A stretch of DNA of 64,000 bases from Prosthecobacter sp. (lineage in GTDB: Bacteria; Verrucomicrobiota; Verrucomicrobiia; Verrucomicrobiales; Verrucomicrobiaceae): NCBI GenBank assembly GCA_044345215.1, contig JBIJBO010000002.1:272-64271 (forward strand), given 5' to 3'. How positions within the stretch are numbered: the first letter of the stretch is position 1; each line of letters starts with the position of its first letter. The notes below the pieces were generated by a model, which saw nothing but the letters and a program-made list of their open reading frames with translations, ran no database searches and was not told where the DNA came from. The translations under genes were made by a program, and so were the position numbers. Shown here piece after piece: positions 24,353 through 33,018 of this stretch.

Positions 24353-26350
24353 ATGAAACATCTGCTGCCCACACTCCTGATCGCCCTGCCGCTCGCCGCC
24401 CAGACGCCCTCGGTGGAACAGCGTTTTCGTGTCCTCGACCGCGATGAGGATGGTGTTGTCACTGAGGCGGAGTTGCCGCAAAAGGCGTGGCGCCGGTTGC
24501 TTGATGCCGATGGCGACGGCCGCATCACCCTGGCGGAGGCGCTTTCGGGGGCGGCGCGGTTGCGCGGGGCTCGCGGTCTTGGGCTGGGCGCAGCGACTGC
24601 GGCCGAGGCGTCGCCACCGCTGCAGGAGGCGCCCGCCGTGCTGAAGGCTGCCGAGCATGGCGTGGGGCGACGACTGCCCGATCTTGCCCTGCGTGAGCTT
24701 GAAGGTGCAGAGTCCTTGCTGTCGGCGCGGTTGCAGGGCGCCCGGGGACTCGTGTTTGCCTTACTGGGCGCCACCTGTCCCATCAGCGGCAAGCTTGGCC
24801 CTGAAATGGCCCGGCTGGAAAAGCAGGCCGACGCGCAGGGCCTGCGCTGGATTTGGGTTTGTCCGGTGGCGGCGGAATCGGCGGCGGACATCCGGGCCTT
24901 CACGGCCGCGCACGGCTTGAAGGCGCCGGTGGTGCACGACCGAGAGGGTGTGATCGCGACCGCACTGGCGGCCACTACCACAACCGAGTGTTTTCTCGTC
25001 GATGCCACCCGCACGCTGGTCTATCGCGGCGCGGTCAACGACCAATACGGACTCGGCTACAGCAAGGAGAAGGCGAGCCGGCACTACCTGCGCGAGGCAA
25101 TGACCGCCCTGCTGGGGGGTGATTTGCCGGAGGTGGCCGCGACCACGGCACCTGGCTGTGCGCTGGATGTGAAGACGGCCGCGGCCCCGGCGACCGGGCT
25201 GACCTATCATCACCAGATCGAGCGCATTCTGCAGACGCATTGCGTTGAGTGCCACCGCCGCGATGGCGTGGGGCCGTTCAGCCTGGAAACTTACGAGGAC
25301 GTGGTCGAGAACGCCGGCATGATTCGCCGTCAGGTGGAGCGCGGTGTCATGCCGCCCTGGTTTGCCGCGCCACCGGCGCACGGCGGGGCCACGCCGTGGA
25401 GCAATGACGCCGCGCTGCCGGAGCGCGACAAGGCGGAGTTGCTCGCCTGGCTGGCCGGCGACCGCCCGCGCGGCGATCCCGCCGACGCCCCGATGCCGCG
25501 CCGCTATCCCGCCGAGTGGCAACTGGGTTCGCCGGATGCCATCGTGCAGCTCTCGGCACCGATCGCCATCAAGGCCGAGGGCACGATGCCCTACCAGTTT
25601 GTCACCGTGACGACGGACTTTCCCGAGGATCGCTGGGTGCGCGCCTACGAGATCCTGCCGACCGACCGCAGCGTCGTGCATCACGTCATTGTGCAGGTGC
25701 ATGCGAAGGGCGCCCGGGTGCGCGACCGCGGCGAGGGTTCGGAGGGATATTGGGCCGCCTACGTCCCTGGCAACACCCATCATGCCTACCCGTCCGGTTT
25801 TGCCAAGAAGCTGCCGGCCGGCGCCACGGTCAGCTTCCAGATTCATTACACGCCGAACGGCCGTGCCACACGCGACCAGCTGCGGCTCGGCCTGCACTTC
25901 GCCAAGGAGCCGCCGCGCTACGTGGTTCACACGGCGGCGGTCGCACACGCCCGGTTGAACATTCCGCCGCATGCGGCCCGGCATGTCGAGGTCAAGGAGC
26001 AGACCGTGCCCTTCCCGATGAACGTGACGGGGCTGATGGCGCACATGCACGTGCGCGGCCGGGCCTTCAAGTTTGAGGTGCTGCCACCCGGCGGTGGTGA
26101 ACCGGAGGTGCTGCTCGACATCCCGCGGTACGACTTCAACTGGCAGCTGCGCTACGATTACGCGCAGCCGAAATTCCTGCCCGCCGGCAGTCGCGTGCGC
26201 CTGACCGCGGTGTTTGACAACAGCGCCGGCAACTCCGCGAATCCCGACCCGGACAAGACCGTGCGCTGGGGGCCGCAGACCCACGATGAGATGATGATCG
26301 GTTACTTCGAGTACTTTACACCACGCAAGGACGAAGTGGCGATGGAGTGA
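24353..26350 (+). CDS. Secreted multidomain redox protein: 2x EF-hand + thioredoxin-like (redoxin) + CxxCH haem motif + PHM/DBH-like copper monooxygenase domain
   Basis: 665 aa. Signal peptide MKHLLPTLLIALPLAAQ. EF loops DRDEDGVVTEAEL and DADGDGRITLAEA. A redoxin-like block has TCPIS. CVECH lies in a PSCyt-like context (HCVECHRRDGVGPFSLETYEDV). The C-terminal domain has VVHHVIV, QIHYTPNG, AHMHVRGRAF and THDEMMIGYFEYF, i.e. the HH...H...HxH...M ligand order of Cu2 monooxygenases. Confidence 0.8.
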   Translation: MKHLLPTLLIALPLAAQTPSVEQRFRVLDRDEDGVVTEAELPQKAWRRLLDADGDGRITLAEALSGAARLRGARGLGLGAATAAEASPPLQEAPAVLKAAEHGVGRRLPDLALRELEGAESLLSARLQGARGLVFALLGATCPISGKLGPEMARLEKQADAQGLRWIWVCPVAAESAADIRAFTAAHGLKAPVVHDREGVIATALAATTTTECFLVDATRTLVYRGAVNDQYGLGYSKEKASRHYLREAMTALLGGDLPEVAATTAPGCALDVKTAAAPATGLTYHHQIERILQTHCVECHRRDGVGPFSLETYEDVVENAGMIRRQVERGVMPPWFAAPPAHGGATPWSNDAALPERDKAELLAWLAGDRPRGDPADAPMPRRYPAEWQLGSPDAIVQLSAPIAIKAEGTMPYQFVTVTTDFPEDRWVRAYEILPTDRSVVHHVIVQVHAKGARVRDRGEGSEGYWAAYVPGNTHHAYPSGFAKKLPAGATVSFQIHYTPNGRATRDQLRLGLHFAKEPPRYVVHTAAVAHARLNIPPHAARHVEVKEQTVPFPMNVTGLMAHMHVRGRAFKFEVLPPGGGEPEVLLDIPRYDFNWQLRYDYAQPKFLPAGSRVRLTAVFDNSAGNSANPDPDKTVRWGPQTHDEMMIGYFEYFTPRKDEVAME

Positions 26351-26362
26351 CGGGGTTTGCCC

Positions 26363-28435
26363 TCACTGCATCACCGCGCGCGGGGTGTCGTCGCCAAAGA
26401 CGAAGGCCCTCACGCTGGCAAAACGCGGTGCCTGCAGCTGGGGATCGGCATCGAGGGCCTTTTCCGCCAGCCGACGCGCCAGCCTGACCAGGCGGGTGTC
26501 GGCGAGCATCTCGGCGAACTGCAGCGGCGCCTGGCCGCTTTGGGCGCGGCCGAGCAGGTCGCCCGGTCCGCGCCGGCGCAGATCCTCCTCGGAGATGCGG
26601 AAGCCGTCGTCGGTCTGTTCCAGGATGGCCAGTCGCTCCTTGGCTTCGTCGTCGCCATCCTTGACGAAGAGGACGCAGTAGGAGGCGTGCGGGCCGCGGC
26701 CGACGCGGCCGCGCAGCTGGTGCAGTTGGGCGAGGCCGAAGCGCTCGGCGTGATGGATGAACATGACGCTGGCGTTGGGCACATCGACGCCGACCTCGAT
26801 GACGGTCGTCGAGACGAGCACCTCGATGCGGCCGGCGCGGAACTCGCGCATGACCTGCTCCTTTTCCTCGGCGCTCATGCGGCCGTGCAGCAGGCCGGTC
26901 TGAAAATGCGGCAGCCGTTTGGCCCAGTCGGCGCAGCCCTTCGTCACCGCGGTGACGTCGAGCTTTTCCGATTCCTCGATGAGCGGGTAGACGAGGTAGG
27001 CCTGACGGCCCTGCTCCAGCTGCTCGAGCAGGAACTTGGCCGCCTCGTCCTGCTTCGCCGCCGGCCGCACGCGGGTGACGACCTTGCCGCGGGCGCGCGG
27101 CCGCTCGTCGATCGTCGAGACGTCGAGGTCGCCGTAGATCGTCAGTGTCAGCGTGCGCGGGATGGGCGTGGCGGTCATCACCAGCACATCGGGCGAGTGG
27201 CCCTTTTGAATCAGGCGCGCGCGCTGGGCGACGCCGAACTTGTGCTGCTCGTCGATCACCACCAGGCCGAGGTTGTGCAGCAGGGCCTCGTCGTGCAGCA
27301 GGGCGTGTGTGCCGATGACGACATCGGCGCGGCGGTCGGTGAAGAAGCCGCCGCCGTCGTCGGAGCGCGCGGCGGTGCGCAGGGCGACGCCCAGGCCGAG
27401 CGGCTCCAGCCAGCTTTGGGCGGTGCGGAAGTGCTGTTCGGCAAGGATCTGCGTGGGAGCCATGAGGGCGGCCTGTCGGCCGTTCTCGACCGCTCCTAGC
27501 ATGGCGGCGATTGCCACCACGGTTTTGCCACTGCCGACGTCGCCGTGCAGCAGGCGGTTCATCGGTGCGGGCGAGGCCATGTCGCGCCGGATTTCCTGCA
27601 GGCAGCGCTGCTGGGCACCCGTGAGCGGGAAGGGCAGGGCCGCCTCGAAGCGCGCCGCCAGCTCGTCGGCCGGCTGGGCGTGGCCACCCGAGGCGGTGAG
27701 CGCGCGCCGGCGCCGCACGACGCGGAGTTGGTAGCCGTAGAATTCCTCGAGGGCAAGGTAGCGGCGCGCGGTGACGAGTGCCTCGGGGCTGCCGGCAAAA
27801 TGGACGTCACGCAGGGCGCGCGCGCGGTTCCAGCCGGCGAACTCGCTGTCCGCCCGCGGAGCTGGCAGCAGGTCGGGGGTGAAGTCCGGTCTGAGCGACT
27901 GGAACACGTGCCAGGCCGCGGTGCGCAGGGCCTTTTGGGTGATGCCGGCGCGCAGGCGGTAGACCGGCGTCAGGCGACCGGTGTGGATGCCCGGCTCGTC
28001 CTCGCCACCGAGCACCTCGTAGTCCGGATGATCCATCGACAGGCGGCCCTTGAATTCCTTGATGCGGCCGAAGACGGCGAGTTCCTGGCCCTCGGCGATG
28101 ACGCGGCTGAGAAAGGCCATGTTCCACCAGCGCAGGGTCAGTTGCGCGCCAAGGGCGCCACCGGCCAGGGGTTCCACCTGCGCCTCAAAGAGCCCGGCAC
28201 CGCGTCGGCGACCGAAGAAGCGGCTGCCCGCCTTGAGCACGCGCACCTGATGGCAGACCGGCTCCAGGCCGGGCTGGAAGATCGCGGCCCCGGCCTGGCG
28301 ACGGTCCTCATGGCGGAAGGGCAGCCATTCGACGATCTCGGCGACGCGTTCCATGCCCTCCTTGGCGAGTGACTTCCGCACGCGCGCCGGCAGGCCGGGC
28401 ACGGCATCGAGCGGGGCGTCCAGGGAGAGGGGCAT
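26363..28435 (-). CDS. recG: ATP-dependent DNA helicase RecG
   Basis: 690 aa. It has an N-terminal wedge/OB region, Walker A GDVGSGKTVVA, DEQHKFGV, MTATPIPRTL and LHGRMSAEEKEQVMREFRAGRIEVLVSTTVIEVGVDVPNASVM. Confidence 0.95.
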   Translation of the reverse strand: MPLSLDAPLDAVPGLPARVRKSLAKEGMERVAEIVEWLPFRHEDRRQAGAAIFQPGLEPVCHQVRVLKAGSRFFGRRRGAGLFEAQVEPLAGGALGAQLTLRWWNMAFLSRVIAEGQELAVFGRIKEFKGRLSMDHPDYEVLGGEDEPGIHTGRLTPVYRLRAGITQKALRTAAWHVFQSLRPDFTPDLLPAPRADSEFAGWNRARALRDVHFAGSPEALVTARRYLALEEFYGYQLRVVRRRRALTASGGHAQPADELAARFEAALPFPLTGAQQRCLQEIRRDMASPAPMNRLLHGDVGSGKTVVAIAAMLGAVENGRQAALMAPTQILAEQHFRTAQSWLEPLGLGVALRTAARSDDGGGFFTDRRADVVIGTHALLHDEALLHNLGLVVIDEQHKFGVAQRARLIQKGHSPDVLVMTATPIPRTLTLTIYGDLDVSTIDERPRARGKVVTRVRPAAKQDEAAKFLLEQLEQGRQAYLVYPLIEESEKLDVTAVTKGCADWAKRLPHFQTGLLHGRMSAEEKEQVMREFRAGRIEVLVSTTVIEVGVDVPNASVMFIHHAERFGLAQLHQLRGRVGRGPHASYCVLFVKDGDDEAKERLAILEQTDDGFRISEEDLRRRGPGDLLGRAQSGQAPLQFAEMLADTRLVRLARRLAEKALDADPQLQAPRFASVRAFVFGDDTPRAVMQ

Positions 28436-28503
28436 GGGGCGGAAAAACTTTCCAGAAGCCTTCTCTTCCGGTATCTTTGGCCAGCCTTCAACGTCTTCTC
28501 CGC

Positions 28504-29448
28504 ATGAGCACCGGTCTTTTTCAGGATCCTGTCTTCGCCAACCACGACACCGGACACGGTCATCCCGAGAGTCCCGCGCGCCACGCCGCCGTCACGCGCG
28601 CGCTGGCCGAGGCCGGATTGACCGGGCGCCTGCCGGCATTGCCGTCACGGCCGGCCGAATGGGCGGAACTCGAGCGCTGCCATCCGCGTCGCTACCTCGA
28701 ACTCGTGCGCCGCGAGACCGCCACCGGCCACGGCACGCTGAGCACGGGCGACACCCAGTTCGGTCCGCGCTCTCTGGAAGCCGCATTGCAGGCGGTTGGC
28801 GGCGTGCTGGGGGCGGTCGACGCGGTCATGACCGGCCAGCACCGGCGCGCCTTCTGCGCCGTGCGTCCGCCCGGGCACCACGCCCGCGCGGAGCAGGGCA
28901 TGGGGTTCTGCTTTTTCAACAACGTCGCGCTCGGCGCCCGGCATGCACAGCAACGGCACGGCGCGGAGAAGGTGGCCATCATCGACTGGGACGTGCATCA
29001 CGGCAACGGCACGCAGGACCTCTTTTATGAAGATGGCAGTGTGCTGTTTTTCAGCACCCATCAGTCGCCCTGGTATCCCTTCACCGGCGATGCCGCCGAG
29101 ACCGGCGAGGGCAGGGGCCGTGGCACCACCTTCAACTGCCCGCTGGCTGCTGGCGCCGGACTGGTCGAGGTGGGGGCGGCCTTCGAGGAGCGCCTGCTGC
29201 CTGCGCTGGAGGCCTTCAAGCCCGATCTCATCCTGATCTCGGCCGGGTTTGATTCGCGCGAAAACGATCCGCTCGGCCGGTTCCGGCTCACCGATGCGGA
29301 TTTTGTCCAACTCACCCGCCTGTTGAAGCAGGCAGCCGACCGCTGGTGCGAGGGGCGGCTGGTTTCCGTGCTCGAGGGCGGCTACCACCTGGACGGGCTT
29401 GCCCGGGCGGTGAAGGCTCACGTCGGCGAGCTTGCCGTGGCGGACTGA
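28504..29448 (+). CDS. Histone deacetylase-family (class II HDAC / acetylpolyamine amidohydrolase-like) protein
   Basis: Internal ATG (MSTGLFQDPVFANHDTGHGHPESPAR...) of track ORF 28369..29448, 314 aa. Strings: RPPGHHA, IIDWDVHHGNGTQ, SAGFDS and LEGGY. Confidence 0.9.
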   Translation: MSTGLFQDPVFANHDTGHGHPESPARHAAVTRALAEAGLTGRLPALPSRPAEWAELERCHPRRYLELVRRETATGHGTLSTGDTQFGPRSLEAALQAVGGVLGAVDAVMTGQHRRAFCAVRPPGHHARAEQGMGFCFFNNVALGARHAQQRHGAEKVAIIDWDVHHGNGTQDLFYEDGSVLFFSTHQSPWYPFTGDAAETGEGRGRGTTFNCPLAAGAGLVEVGAAFEERLLPALEAFKPDLILISAGFDSRENDPLGRFRLTDADFVQLTRLLKQAADRWCEGRLVSVLEGGYHLDGLARAVKAHVGELAVAD

Positions 29449-29526
29449 GGCGGTGCGATCGCTGCGCGCAAGATTCGGGGGCGACAACACAAGGTCGGCG
29501 GAGATTCCGGCAGGAGATGATTTATC

Positions 29527-30963
29527 GTGCCGCCGCGGTTCATGAACACGCCGACCCTGACGACGCTTTCCACCATCAATGCCGATGGTTCGCGACAGTT
29601 TGTGCATCCGGCGGATGTCCAGGGCCGCTTCACGCGCTGGCGCCGCGGGTCGGCCCTCCTGCTGCTGGTGATCTACGTTGCGCTGCCCTGGATTCCGGTC
29701 AACGGTTTCCCGGCCGTCTTCCTCGACGTGCAGACGCGGCGATTCCACTTCTTCGGTCTCACCCTCGCCGCCCAGGATCTTTGGGTGGGGTTTTTCCTCA
29801 TCACCGGGTTGGCCTTCGCCCTGTTTTTTGTCACCTCGCTGTTTGGTCGCGTCTGGTGCGGCTGGACCTGTCCGTACACGGTGTTCCTGGAGCATGTCTA
29901 CCGGCGCATCGAGCGCTGGATTGACGGCGATGCCGCGGCTCGGCGGCGTTTGGAGAAGGCGCCGTGGACAGGGGGCAAGATCGCCCGTCGCGTTTTCAAG
30001 CAGGCGATCTTCCTGCTGGTTTCGGCGCTGATTGCCCACGTCTTCCTGAGCTACTTTGTCTCCATTCGCGGGCTCTACGACATGATGCAGCGCTCGCCGC
30101 AGGAGCATGCCCTGGCCTTTGGCGTTGTCGTCTTTCTGACCTGCAGCCTGTATTTTTCGTTCAGCTGGTTCCGCGAGCAGTTCTGCATCATCCTCTGTCC
30201 CTATGGACGCCTGCAGTCGGCGCTGACCGACGACCACTCCGTGGTCATCGGTTACGACAAGCAGCGGGGCGAGCCGCGCGGCAAGGCCGGCACGACCTCG
30301 GGTGCCTGTGTCGACTGTCGCCGCTGTGTCCAGGTTTGTCCGACCGGCATTGACATCCGCAACGGGCTGCAGCTTGAATGCATCGGCTGTGCCGCCTGCG
30401 TCGATGCCTGCGATGACATCATGCTCAAGCTCAAGCGGCCGACCGGGCTGGTGCGCTATGATTCGCACGCCGGGTTGCACGGCGGTCGCACCAAGCTGGT
30501 GCGGGCGCGCACGGTCTTTTATTCGGCCATCCTGCTTGCCGGCGCGGTGGCCTTCCTGTTCGCCGCCTCGCGCATCGAGCCATTGCGCGCGAGTGTGGTG
30601 CGCATGGTCGGCTCGCCCTACTACGTGGCCGACGGCGTGGTGCGCAACCAGTTCCTGGTGCGCGTCATCAACAAGCGCAATGAACCCTCGACCTACCGGT
30701 TGGAGCTGACGGGTGCCGCGCCTCCGGGGCTGCAGGTCACCGGTGCCGAGGAGGCGTTGCGCCTGGAGGCGATGGGCGAGGAACAGAAAACACTCGTGCT
30801 GTCCCTGCCCGAAGCCGGCTTCAGCGGCCCGTTCAAGCTGCAGGTCAAGGTCACCGAAACCGCCAGCGGCGCCAGCATGACGACGCGTGTCATGGAGTTC
30901 CTCGGTCCCGACCCCCGCCTCAAATCCGATGTTCCGCTCAATCCGCGAGATTTTGTCCAGTAA
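29527..30963 (+). CDS. ccoG: Cytochrome c oxidase accessory protein CcoG/FixG (4Fe-4S ferredoxin-type membrane protein)
   Basis: 478 aa. Strings: GRVWCGWTCPYTVFLE and FCIILCPYGRLQS. The two ferredoxin clusters are CVDCRRCVQVCP and CIGCAACVDACD. A C-terminal Ig-like region follows. ATG 29542 is an alternative start. Confidence 0.9.
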   Translation: MPPRFMNTPTLTTLSTINADGSRQFVHPADVQGRFTRWRRGSALLLLVIYVALPWIPVNGFPAVFLDVQTRRFHFFGLTLAAQDLWVGFFLITGLAFALFFVTSLFGRVWCGWTCPYTVFLEHVYRRIERWIDGDAAARRRLEKAPWTGGKIARRVFKQAIFLLVSALIAHVFLSYFVSIRGLYDMMQRSPQEHALAFGVVVFLTCSLYFSFSWFREQFCIILCPYGRLQSALTDDHSVVIGYDKQRGEPRGKAGTTSGACVDCRRCVQVCPTGIDIRNGLQLECIGCAACVDACDDIMLKLKRPTGLVRYDSHAGLHGGRTKLVRARTVFYSAILLAGAVAFLFAASRIEPLRASVVRMVGSPYYVADGVVRNQFLVRVINKRNEPSTYRLELTGAAPPGLQVTGAEEALRLEAMGEEQKTLVLSLPEAGFSGPFKLQVKVTETASGASMTTRVMEFLGPDPRLKSDVPLNPRDFVQ

Positions 30964-31090
30964 GCCCTGGTTGTGGGTCGTGCTGCTTGTCGCGGTCTTC
31001 CTGACCGCGTGGTTCTGTTTCATCCGCATCGCCCTCGCCAACCAGCCGCCGACGGTGCCGCTGGAAATCCTGCCTGCCACCGTCCGATGA
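30929..31090 (+). CDS. Small single-TM membrane protein in the FixH position (FixH-like N-terminal helix only)
   Basis: Internal ATG (MFRSIREILSSKPWLWVVLLVAVFLTAWFCFIRIALANQP...) of track ORF 30887..31090, 53 aa. Its stop overlaps the next start as ATGA at 31087-31090. The start is uncertain, and it overlaps the ccoG 3' end. Confidence 0.4.
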   Translation: MFRSIREILSSKPWLWVVLLVAVFLTAWFCFIRIALANQPPTVPLEILPATVR

Positions 31091-31776
31091 TGCCGATCGA
31101 CACCAGTGCCGCCGCCTTTCTCGCGGGTCTGGTCACCAGCGTGCACTGCGTCGGCATGTGCGGGCCGCTGTCCTGTTCCTGGGCGGTCAGTGCCTCGCCC
31201 GGTTCAGCGGTGTTCTTCCGTGACACGGGGCTTTATCATGCGGGCCGGCTGCTGGCCTATGGTTTGGTGGGCGCGCTCGCCGGTGCGGTCGGCGTCGTGC
31301 CCCTGGGCTTTTTCCAGCACGGCGCCGGGCTCGTGCTGCCCTGGCTCATGGTGCTGGCCTTCGCCCTCGTCGGACTGGGTCTTGATCAGCGCCTGCCCAA
31401 GCCGGGTTTTCTGGCGCGGCCGCTGCGCCGGCTGCAGACCGCGGCGTTTCGCTTGAAGAGCGGCCCGCGCTCCGGCCTGCTCGGTCTGGCGACGCCGCTT
31501 CTTCCCTGCGGGCCACTCTACCTGATTTTTGGTTTGGCGCTGGCCAACGGCTCGGCGCTCAAGGGCGCGGGCTTCACGGTGGCCTTCGGCCTCGGCACGC
31601 TGCCGTTGCTTTGGCTGGCGCAGACCGGCCTGCACCGTCTGGGGGGCTTCCTGTCGCCCGCCGCCCTTGGCCGCCTCCAGCGCGGACTTGCCCTTGGCAC
31701 GGCCCTGCTGCTGGCCTGGCGACTGCGCGGCACCCTCGAATTCAGTGCCGCGACGCTGCCGAGTTGCTGCCACTGA
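31087..31776 (+). CDS. DsbD_2 / TauE-SafE-like membrane protein commonly linked to ccoG-fixH clusters
   Basis: Internal ATG (MMPIDTSAAAFLAGLVTSVHCVGMCGPL...) of track ORF 30973..31776, 229 aa. It is polytopic, with an HCxxMCGP motif near the N-terminus, PLLPCGPLY in the middle, and a C-terminus ending ...LPSCCH. Confidence 0.75.
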   Translation: MMPIDTSAAAFLAGLVTSVHCVGMCGPLSCSWAVSASPGSAVFFRDTGLYHAGRLLAYGLVGALAGAVGVVPLGFFQHGAGLVLPWLMVLAFALVGLGLDQRLPKPGFLARPLRRLQTAAFRLKSGPRSGLLGLATPLLPCGPLYLIFGLALANGSALKGAGFTVAFGLGTLPLLWLAQTGLHRLGGFLSPAALGRLQRGLALGTALLLAWRLRGTLEFSAATLPSCCH

Positions 31777-31973
31777 AGGGGGCTGGCGCGGTTGTGCGGA
31801 GCGGAGAGCCTGGTGCAGGCAGGACTGGGATCCGAACACCGCCCCTTCCCCGCAGCTTGCCGGCCCTCTGCCGGCACTGGCCCTCGAGGCCAGCCGGCGG
31901 TCTCCTTCCGGTCTTTTTTCATGGCCGGCACACCCAACACAACGTCGGCGACGTTAAGCGGTTGAACTCCACC

Positions 31974-32546
31974 ATGGGACCCGTTGCCGACATCTGGAAG
32001 CACTGCTTTGAAAGCATCGCGCCGCGGCTGCTGCTCTACGCCTGCCAGCTCTGCCTGTCGCGGGCCGATGCAGAGGACGTCGTGCAGATGGCCTTCGTGC
32101 GCTGGTGGCGGCGGTTCCCCGACGGCGACGAGCGGCACGTTCCGCTTCTGTATGCCGCAGTGCGGACGATAGCGTTGGACCAGCGCCGCAGCAGGCAGCG
32201 CCGCATTGCCCGCGAGGTCGCCTCGGAGGTGGCGCTGCCACAGGGGGACGCCGCCGTCTTTGATCCAGCCCCGGAGCAGCGCGAAACCGCGGCCATCGTC
32301 CAGCAGGCACTGGAGGAACTGCCCGAGTCGCAGCGCGAGGTGGTGACTCTCAAACTCTGGGGTGGCCTGACCTTCGCGCAGATCGCCGAGACCACGGGCG
32401 AGTCGATCAACACCGTCTCCAGTCGCTACCGCTACGCCCTGCAGGCGTTGGAAAAGCGCCTCGCGCCACGTCGCGAGGAGCTGGTGCTCGAGCCTTCGCC
32501 CCCCATCCTGATGGCCTTTCCCCAACCCGCCAGTCCCCTGCCATGA
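31974..32546 (+). CDS. ECF-type RNA polymerase sigma-70 family factor
   Basis: Internal ATG (MGPVADIWKHCFESIAPRLLLYA...) of track ORF 31611..32546, 190 aa. Region 2 is DAEDVVQMAFVRWWRRF. Region 4 is the HTH LTFAQIAETTGESINTVSSRYRYALQALEK. Confidence 0.85.
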   Translation: MGPVADIWKHCFESIAPRLLLYACQLCLSRADAEDVVQMAFVRWWRRFPDGDERHVPLLYAAVRTIALDQRRSRQRRIAREVASEVALPQGDAAVFDPAPEQRETAAIVQQALEELPESQREVVTLKLWGGLTFAQIAETTGESINTVSSRYRYALQALEKRLAPRREELVLEPSPPILMAFPQPASPLP

Positions 32547-32983
32547 ACGATCTTGAATCCTTGCTCTCCGGTCTGGCGCCACGCGGCCCGTCGCAGGCGC
32601 TCCATGAACGTGTCGCACACGATCTGGATCTCGACCGCCAATGGCTGCGTGAACGGTATCGACCGCGCCACTGGTTGACGCCGCTGGGATGGGCCACCCT
32701 GGGTGCGGCGGCCGCCTTGGCGCTGAGCTCCGCGCTGACGCCCGCGACCGGCCCGGTTAGCGTGGCAGCGTCCACGACGTTGGTGCCTGCCGGCACCATC
32801 CGCGAGGTGGTTCACACGGAGGATGAAGGCGTCGCTTTCAATGAAGCCGAGCAAAGCCACGAGCAGCGGCTGCGGCTCTACTCGGTCGAGCGCCAGGACT
32901 GGATCGACCCGCGCGACGGTGCCCGCATCACGGTCGAGCGTCCCCGCGAGGAGCATCTCGTCCTGCCGGTGTCCTATCAGTGA
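32543..32983 (+). CDS. Putative anti-sigma factor (single-pass membrane protein)
   Basis: 146 aa. Its ATG overlaps the sigma-factor stop (ATGA at 32543-32546). One central TM helix ([22 protein letters not shown]). Assigned by position and topology only. Confidence 0.5.
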   Translation: MNDLESLLSGLAPRGPSQALHERVAHDLDLDRQWLRERYRPRHWLTPLGWATLGAAAALALSSALTPATGPVSVAASTTLVPAGTIREVVHTEDEGVAFNEAEQSHEQRLRLYSVERQDWIDPRDGARITVERPREEHLVLPVSYQ

Positions 32984-33018
32984 CCTTTGGGCGGTCCGCT
33001 CGCCCTGTCCCCACCCCT

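Noticed and set aside
28645-31146. 833-aa ORF antisense to the HDAC-family gene and ccoG
   Set aside because: It spans two independent sense genes and their intergenic gap. It has no domain signatures and shows the GC-bias artefact.
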